DNA from: an uncultured Actinomycetes bacterium
GTDB lineage: Bacteria > Actinomycetota > Thermoleophilia > RBG-16-64-13
DNA length: 22,482 nt
Direction: 5' to 3'
Assembly: GCA_963706025.1 (NCBI GenBank)
Contig: CAVPLM010000028.1
Span: forward strand, 1 to 22,482
In this document: positions 16,644 to 22,482 of the stretch, piece by piece
Layout of the letters: each line of letters starts with the position of its first letter
Position numbering within the stretch: position 1 is the first letter of the stretch
Position numbers and translations under genes: made by a program
Notes under the pieces: generated by a model
Database searches by the model: none
Seen by the model: the letters and a program-made list of their open reading frames with translations, nothing else
Told to the model about the DNA's origin: nothing

Positions 16644-17183
16644 ATGAGCGGCGCTGCCAGCGAAAACGACGCCTTAGAGGCAAGCACCACCCCTCTGTTC
16701 CGGGAGGTGCAGAGATTCCGCCACTGGTTCTTCTGGCTCCCCATCCTGATCGTCACCGTCGTCATCTGGTATCAGTTCGGGCTGCAGATCATCGTCGGCC
16801 GTCCCCCCGGGACGGAGCCGATACCTGATTGGGCGGCCTGGATCTTGACCCTGGTGTTCGGCATAGGCTTCCCGATCTTCGCTGCGATCGTGCGCCTGGT
16901 CACGGAGGTCAGGCCGGGGACGTTGTCAATAAGGTTGGTGCCCTTTCGATCGAGGGTGATCTCTATCGGCGAGATCAAGTCCGCCGAAGCACGCGAGTAT
17001 TCGCCCATGGGGGAGTTCGGCGGCTGGGGGATCCGCCTCGGTCGAGACGGATCAAGAGCCTACAACGCCTACGGCAAGAGAGGCGTCCAGTTGGTGCTCT
17101 CAGGCGGCATGCGCGTCCTGGTCGGGACGCAGCGCGAGGACGAGTTGATCGCCGCGCTGCGCCTGGCCGGTGCCAAGGTCTAG
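16644..17183 (+). CDS. DUF6141-like membrane protein (2 TM plus bacterial PH-like domain)
   Basis: FREVQRF, two TM helices, REYSPMGEFGGWGIR, AYNAYGKRGVQLVL..G..VLVGTQ. Confidence 0.75.
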   Translation: MSGAASENDALEASTTPLFREVQRFRHWFFWLPILIVTVVIWYQFGLQIIVGRPPGTEPIPDWAAWILTLVFGIGFPIFAAIVRLVTEVRPGTLSIRLVPFRSRVISIGEIKSAEAREYSPMGEFGGWGIRLGRDGSRAYNAYGKRGVQLVLSGGMRVLVGTQREDELIAALRLAGAKV

Positions 17184-17214
17184 GCGACAAGACCGGTAGG
17201 TCGGGGAACTGGCG

Positions 17215-18168
17215 ATGAGGATCGTGGTGGCACTCGGGGGGAACGCCCTTCTCAAGCGAGGGGAGCCGCTTACTGAGCAGAACCAGCGTGAGAACGTCAA
17301 GGCGGCGGCCAAGGCCCTGGCGCCTCTGGCGCGCGAGCACAGCCTAATAATCACCCATGGCAACGGGCCTCAAGTGGGTCTGCTCGCCCTCGAGGCGGCA
17401 GCCTACACGGGAGTGGAGCCCTACACTCTGGACGTGCTGAGCGCCGAGTCGGAGGGTATGATCGGCTATATGATCGAGCAGGAGCTGGGTAACATCCTGC
17501 CCGAGGACGTGCCGTTCGCCACGATCCTCACCCAAGTGGAGGTCGATCCTGCCGACCCGGCTTTCCAGAAACCCACGAAGCCCATCGGCCCCGAGTACAC
17601 GCGGGAAGAAGCCGAACGCCTTGCCCGTGAGCACGGCTGGACTGTGGGCCCGGACAACAACCTTTACCGCAGACTGGTAGCTTCGCCGCGGCCAAAGCGG
17701 ATCTTCGAGATCAGAGTGGTCGAGTGGTTAGTGGAGCGGGGAGTGGTGGTGATCTGCACCGGGGGAGGAGGGATCCCGACCATGTTGACCCCGGACGGCG
17801 TGCTTGTAGGAGTGGAGGCGGTCATCGACAAGGACCACGCGGGCGCGCTCTTGGCTGGGTCGCTGGGCGCGGGAATCTTCCTGATGCTCACGGATGCCGA
17901 GAACGTGTGGCAGGACTGGGGAACGGCGGACGCGCGGGCCATACGGAGGGCGTCGCCCGAGGCGCTGGAGAAGCTTCAGTTCGCCGCTGGTTCCATGGGC
18001 CCCAAGGTGGAGGCGGCCTGTGACTTCGCTCGGGCCACGGGCGGCCGCGCCGGTGTCGGCGCTCTGGAGGATGCGGTAGCCATCGTCGAGGGGCGGGCGG
18101 GCACACTGGTATCGATCGAGTTCGAGGGCATCGAGTACTGGCCTTCGCTCTTTCACCAGCCGGAATAG
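17215..18168 (+). CDS. arcC: Carbamate kinase
   Basis: [65 protein letters not shown]. Confidence 0.95.
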   Translation: MRIVVALGGNALLKRGEPLTEQNQRENVKAAAKALAPLAREHSLIITHGNGPQVGLLALEAAAYTGVEPYTLDVLSAESEGMIGYMIEQELGNILPEDVPFATILTQVEVDPADPAFQKPTKPIGPEYTREEAERLAREHGWTVGPDNNLYRRLVASPRPKRIFEIRVVEWLVERGVVVICTGGGGIPTMLTPDGVLVGVEAVIDKDHAGALLAGSLGAGIFLMLTDAENVWQDWGTADARAIRRASPEALEKLQFAAGSMGPKVEAACDFARATGGRAGVGALEDAVAIVEGRAGTLVSIEFEGIEYWPSLFHQPE

Positions 18169-18196
18169 CGGCAGGTCCGGCGAGGTCGACGCGTCT

Positions 18197-19453
18197 TTGG
18201 TCAACGGCTATTTCATCGCGGCACTGAGCGGGCTGATCGTCGTCGAAGCGATCGGCTGGATCGGTGAGTGGCTCAACCTGCGCGCTGTCGGGTCAACGCT
18301 GCCCAAGGAGTTCGCCGAGGTCTACGACGCCGGGGAATACCGGCGTTCACAGGAATACACGAGGACGAAGACACGCTTCGGTCTGGTGGCCTCGCTGTTC
18401 GACCTGGCGGTGCTGCTCGGGTTCTGGCTGGCGGGCGGTTTCGGCTGGCTCGACGAGGTGGTGCGTTCCTTCGGGCTCGGCCCCGTTTGGACCGGGCTGA
18501 TCTTCCTGCTGATCCTCGCTGTGGCCAAGGGTCTCCTCGACCTTCCCTTTCAGGTCTGGGGGGTGTTCGTTGTCGAAGAGAAGTACGGCTTCAACCGCAC
18601 CAAACCTCGCACGTTCGTCCTAGATCTCCTCAAGGGCCTGGCCGTAGCGCTCGTTCTGGGCGTTCCTCTGCTGATCGGATTCCTGGCTCTGTTCGAGTAC
18701 GGGGGGGCCCTGGCCTGGATCTATGCCTGGGCGGCCGTGATCGCGTTCTCGTTCATCATGCAGATCCTGGCCCCGACCCTCATCATGCCGCTCTTCAACA
18801 AGTTCACTCCCCTCGAGGATGGCGAACTCAAGGACGAGATCTTTGCATACGCGGAACGGGTCCGGTTTCCCCTGAAGGGGGTGTTCTCCATCGATGCCTC
18901 CCGGCGCACGACCAAAGGGAACGCTTTCTTTACCGGATTCGGGAGAAGCAAGCGCATCGCCCTCTTCGATACTCTGATCCAACGACACCCGGTGGGGGAG
19001 GTCGTGGCCGTTCTGGCTCATGAGGTAGGCCACTACAAGAAGCGGCATGTACTGATGGGGACTATAGTCTCCGCGCTGGAGACGGGCCTTTTTCTGGGGT
19101 TGTTTGCTCTGCTCCTGGAGGAGAACGGTCTTTTCGAGGCCTTCGGAGTGGAGTCGCCCTCCGTGTATGCGGGGGTGATCTTTGTGGCCATTCTCCTTAT
19201 GCCGCTCGAATTGGTGCTCTCTGTCGGTACTTCGGCGCTCTCCCGGCACCACGAGCGCCAGGCCGATTCCTTCGCCGCGAGCACGAGCGGTCGCGGCGAT
19301 CTCCTGGCCTCAGGCCTGAAGCGGCTGTCAAAGGACAGCCTATCCAATCTCACTCCGCATCCTTTCTACGTGTTTCTCAATTACTCGCATCCGCCCGTGC
19401 TTGAGAGAGTGAGGGTACTGGAGCCAGGGCTGGAGTCGGATCCCGCCGCGTGA
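18197..19453 (+). CDS. M48 family zinc metallopeptidase (Ste24/CAAX protease-like)
   Basis: Multiple TM helices, EEKYGFN, PLFNKFTPL, NAFFTGFG..KRIALFDTL, HEVGH, ERQAD, YSHPP..ER. Confidence 0.93.
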   Translation: MVNGYFIAALSGLIVVEAIGWIGEWLNLRAVGSTLPKEFAEVYDAGEYRRSQEYTRTKTRFGLVASLFDLAVLLGFWLAGGFGWLDEVVRSFGLGPVWTGLIFLLILAVAKGLLDLPFQVWGVFVVEEKYGFNRTKPRTFVLDLLKGLAVALVLGVPLLIGFLALFEYGGALAWIYAWAAVIAFSFIMQILAPTLIMPLFNKFTPLEDGELKDEIFAYAERVRFPLKGVFSIDASRRTTKGNAFFTGFGRSKRIALFDTLIQRHPVGEVVAVLAHEVGHYKKRHVLMGTIVSALETGLFLGLFALLLEENGLFEAFGVESPSVYAGVIFVAILLMPLELVLSVGTSALSRHHERQADSFAASTSGRGDLLASGLKRLSKDSLSNLTPHPFYVFLNYSHPPVLERVRVLEPGLESDPAA

Positions 19454-20412
19454 CGCGCTCGTCCGGACTGCTTCGTGTCGGCCTGGCCGCGGTCATCTGG
19501 GGTTCTATCCCCATCTTCGTGCGCATGGTGGACGCGTCACCGTTCGTGCTCGTGTTCTGGCGGGTGGCGTTCGCCGCAGCGGCTGTGCTGGTCTACCTGC
19601 TTTTTACGGGGAAGGTGAGAGACCTGGGCCGCCTGAAGTGGCGGACGGTCGGGGCGCTTCTGGCCGTGGGGGCCCTCATCGCGGTGAACTGGATACTCTT
19701 TCTTGGCGCGCTCTCGATGACCCAGGTGGCCGTAGCCGAACTGCTGGGGTATGTGGGACCGGTGTTTGTGGCCGCCCTCGCGCCGCTGATATCTCGCGAG
19801 CCTCACGATAGGCGGATAGCGCTGCCCCTCATGCTGGCCCTCGGCGGCACAGCGGTCATAGTCGGGCTGGGAGATCTCTCCGTCCAGGGGGGCCATAGCC
19901 TCTTGGGCGCGGGCATGGCCTTCTGCTCGGCGCTCACCTACGCGGCGCTCATGCTCACCGGCAAGCGGCTCTTGCGCAACGTCACGGCTCCGGTCCTCGC
20001 GTTTGGCGAATACGCCTTCGCTACGATCCTTCTGTTGCCGGCTGTGCTACTGCTCCCGGGACCATCGGCAGCCTCGGAGTGGGGGGCTCTCGCGATCCTC
20101 GGGGTCGTACACACTGCTTTCGCTATACTCGTCTTCTTCTCCGGCCTCAAGCACGTGCGCGCCGATCACGCCGCCGTGTTCACCTATGCCGAACCGGTGA
20201 CGGCCGTCATCTTCGCGGCCCTGTTCCTCTCGGAGCCCCTCAGTTGGACCACGTTGGTCGGGGGTGCGGGGGTGGTCGCCGCTGGAATCTTGGTCGCACG
20301 CATGACCCCGACCACCGGTATGGAGGCGCCAGGCGTCTCCGAGGCGCTAGAATCATCTGTGACGGATGGAGCAACCGTTGAGTCCCAGGATCTGGACAGG
20401 AGTGAGGCATGA
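19450..20412 (+). CDS. DMT/EamA family transporter
   Basis: Ten TM helices in two repeats, IWGS, FWRVAFA, YVGPVFVA, SALTYA, YAEPVTAVIFA.LFLSE; GTGA overlap with the M48 gene. Confidence 0.9.
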   Translation: MTRSSGLLRVGLAAVIWGSIPIFVRMVDASPFVLVFWRVAFAAAAVLVYLLFTGKVRDLGRLKWRTVGALLAVGALIAVNWILFLGALSMTQVAVAELLGYVGPVFVAALAPLISREPHDRRIALPLMLALGGTAVIVGLGDLSVQGGHSLLGAGMAFCSALTYAALMLTGKRLLRNVTAPVLAFGEYAFATILLLPAVLLLPGPSAASEWGALAILGVVHTAFAILVFFSGLKHVRADHAAVFTYAEPVTAVIFAALFLSEPLSWTTLVGGAGVVAAGILVARMTPTTGMEAPGVSEALESSVTDGATVESQDLDRSEA

Positions 20413-21320
20413 GGATCGCGCTTATCGGGCAGGCGGCTTTTGGAGAGAAGGTGCTTGAGGCTCTGCTCGGCGAGGGGGAGGACGTTGCGGTGGTCTACAT
20501 GCCTCCCGATGCTCCGGGCGGCAAGGGCAACTCCTTCAAGGAACTGGCGGAAGGCAACGGGATCGCCGTGCGGCAGCCGACCAGGATGCGTGAGCCCGAT
20601 GTCTACGAGGACTACAAGAGCTTCGCCGCCGAACTGAACGTCATGGCGTTCGTCACCGACATCGTGCCGCTCACGATCCTCAACCATCCGCGGCTCGGCA
20701 CCATCCAGTACCACCCGTCATTGCTGCCGCGGCATCGGGGAGCCAGCGCCATCAACTGGGCGGTAATCAACGGGGAGACGAAGACCGGTCTCTCGGTCTT
20801 CTGGCCGGATGAAGGCCTGGACACTGGGCCCCTCCTGCTACAGAAAGAGGTGACCATCGAGCCGGATGACACCCTGGGAACGGTCTATTTCGGCAAGCTG
20901 TTCTCTTTCGGTGTGGAGGCTCTACTCGAGTCGGTGCGGCTCGTCAAGGCCGGCAATGCCCCGAGAATCCCTCAGGATCCGACCCAAGGTGAGTACGAAC
21001 CGATCTGCAGGCGCATGACCATCGACTGGATGTACCCGGTGGGCATCGTCTACAACGTCATCCGGGGCTGCAACCCCTCACCGGGGGCGGCCACCGTCTG
21101 GCAGGGGGACCCGCTGAAGATCTTCGACTGCGAGAGGCGCGCCGTCAGCGGCCCCGAGGCGCCGGGCACCATCACGGAGATCGCGGATGAAGGTTTCCTG
21201 GTCGCGGCCAACGGCGGCAGCATCTTCGTCAAGCGCGTCCAGCCGGCCGGTGCCGGGAAGGTGGCCGCGGCCGACTTCGTCGCGTCGGCCGGACTCAAGG
21301 TGGGGGACAGGCTGGGCTAG
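20409..21320 (+). CDS. Formyltransferase superfamily protein (Fmt-like), closest in motifs to the N-terminal 10-formyl-THF hydrolase domain of ALDH1L1/FDH
   Basis: MRIALIGQAAFG, AELNVMAF, YHPSLLPRHRGASAINW, FWPDEGLDTGPLLLQKE, APRIPQ, C-terminal formyl_trans_C-like IRGCNPSPGA; ATGA overlap with the DMT gene. Confidence 0.88.
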   Translation: MRIALIGQAAFGEKVLEALLGEGEDVAVVYMPPDAPGGKGNSFKELAEGNGIAVRQPTRMREPDVYEDYKSFAAELNVMAFVTDIVPLTILNHPRLGTIQYHPSLLPRHRGASAINWAVINGETKTGLSVFWPDEGLDTGPLLLQKEVTIEPDDTLGTVYFGKLFSFGVEALLESVRLVKAGNAPRIPQDPTQGEYEPICRRMTIDWMYPVGIVYNVIRGCNPSPGAATVWQGDPLKIFDCERRAVSGPEAPGTITEIADEGFLVAANGGSIFVKRVQPAGAGKVAAADFVASAGLKVGDRLG

Positions 21321-21362
21321 CGTCCGGACCGACGCGCTTGTCCCCGATAGGATCGGAGCATC

Positions 21363-21833
21363 ATGACGGACGAGGAACCGCATTTCCTGGAGCTGCTCAT
21401 CGAACACGAATCGGTGGTCGGGCGGCTCTACGAGGTCTTCGCCTCACTGTTTCCGGATCGCGAGCGATTCTGGCGCTCCTTGGCGGCAGCAGAGCAGATG
21501 CACGCCGAGAAGCTTGGAGAGCTTGGCTCCGAGCCTTCCATCAGCAGGTGGCTGGCGCACGAGAGCGGGCTTAGACCTCAGGCGATCAAGTCGTCGATCG
21601 GGTATGTGGAGAGCCAGATAGAGAGGGCTCAGGAGGGGAGACTCAGCTCGTTGCAGGCGCTCTCGATCGCCAAGGATCTCGAAAACGCCCTCATCGAGGA
21701 GCAATTCTCGCGAATGGGCGACTCGGTCCACGCCGAGGCCAGCCCGATCCTTAGGCAGCTCGCGGTGGAGACGGAGGCACACCGCAAGACGCTCGCCGAA
21801 GTGCTGGAAGCCGAAAGACGCCTGCGTCTGTAG
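21363..21833 (+). CDS. Ferritin-like (rubrerythrin-type) di-iron four-helix protein
   Basis: E.....LY..FA..FP....FW..LA..EQMHA first half and A.DLE...IE...L..ETEAH second half. Confidence 0.72.
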   Translation: MTDEEPHFLELLIEHESVVGRLYEVFASLFPDRERFWRSLAAAEQMHAEKLGELGSEPSISRWLAHESGLRPQAIKSSIGYVESQIERAQEGRLSSLQALSIAKDLENALIEEQFSRMGDSVHAEASPILRQLAVETEAHRKTLAEVLEAERRLRL

Positions 21834-21950
21834 CGCGCTGTCGGGTGACTTCCGTGCGCGTTCGGTATGCCAGTGCAAGCCCTCGCTCAGCGGACGGCTG
21901 GAGGTGGACAGAAGCTGATCGACGCAGAAGCGGCATAGGGAGGCCTTACT

Positions 21951-22346
21951 TTGGAGGTAGTTTTCGGGGTTTTCGTCGTCCTGCACGGTCTCGTCCATCT
22001 GCTGTATGCAGGGCACAGCGCGAGGTGGTTCGAGCTCAAGCCGGGCATGGACTGGCCGGAAGGATCGTGGGCACTTTCGAGATCGATCGGGAACAGTTCG
22101 GCTCGCACTAGAGCGACCGTCGCGTTGGTGTTGGCCACCCTCGGGTTCGTAGTGGGCGGAGTCGGGATCCTCGCGGGCTGGGACTGGGGGCGTTCGCTGG
22201 TTGCCGGTGCCGCTGTATTCTCAGCCCTGCTCTTCGGTCTCATGTGGAACGGGAAGCGAGAGAACCTTGATGGGCAGGGAGCGGTCGGTTTCCTCATCGA
22301 CGTGGCGCTGCTGATCGTGACGGTCGGCTTCCAGTGGCCACGGTGA
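21951..22346 (+). CDS. Hypothetical membrane protein (4 TM, HGxxH motif)
   Basis: Strong RBS AGGGAGG before TTG; hydrophobic segments; LHGLVH near the N-terminus. Confidence 0.65.
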   Translation: MEVVFGVFVVLHGLVHLLYAGHSARWFELKPGMDWPEGSWALSRSIGNSSARTRATVALVLATLGFVVGGVGILAGWDWGRSLVAGAAVFSALLFGLMWNGKRENLDGQGAVGFLIDVALLIVTVGFQWPR

Positions 22347-22482
22347 GGCAGAGGAAACTGGCTTTACTGCTGCTGGGCGGGGGGCCACGCTGGTCTCGCA
22401 CTGCCCTGAGGGGCGAGCACAGTCCAGGACGGTAGGGTTGTGTCGTCGGGCTTCTTCGAGCTCGGCTCCGCTCACCCATCCC

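Noticed and set aside
22221-22482. Minus-strand ORFs at the right edge
   Set aside because: No recognisable motif, overlap with the preceding + strand gene, and too little sequence to judge.

Overview
High-GC bacterial window, nearly all on the + strand, from a probably anaerobic lineage. The Tat-lipoprotein with a Thr/Ala linker and the GTP-type PEPCK are compatible with Actinomycetota such as Thermoleophilia, but this is inference only. The left end is a tightly coupled operon: 2x[4Fe-4S] ferredoxin (cut by the window edge), a divergent AOR-family W/Mo oxidoreductase, yqeB, yqeC and mocA. It is followed by an orphan Tat-exported ABC substrate-binding lipoprotein, a PAS-like remnant, a RutB-like amidohydrolase and a small ABM/cyclase-like protein. 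The remainder is metabolic or housekeeping: class II fba, a DAK2-DegV fusion, pckG (split by a 1-nt frameshift), aspartate-type aminotransferase, DUF2294/MpsC, Ub-Mut7C RNase, MFS transporter (- strand), DUF6141-like protein, carbamate kinase, M48 peptidase, DMT permease, an ALDH1L1-N-like formyltransferase, a ferritin-like protein and a membrane protein. The best candidate for a new system is the selenium-cofactor maturation set (yqeB/yqeC/mocA, normally tied to xanthine-oxidase-family hydroxylases) coupled to an AOR-family enzyme that lacks the canonical catalytic Glu/Tyr motifs. No rRNA, tRNA, CRISPR or mobile element was seen. Family calls rest on motif recognition from memory; no database search was run.
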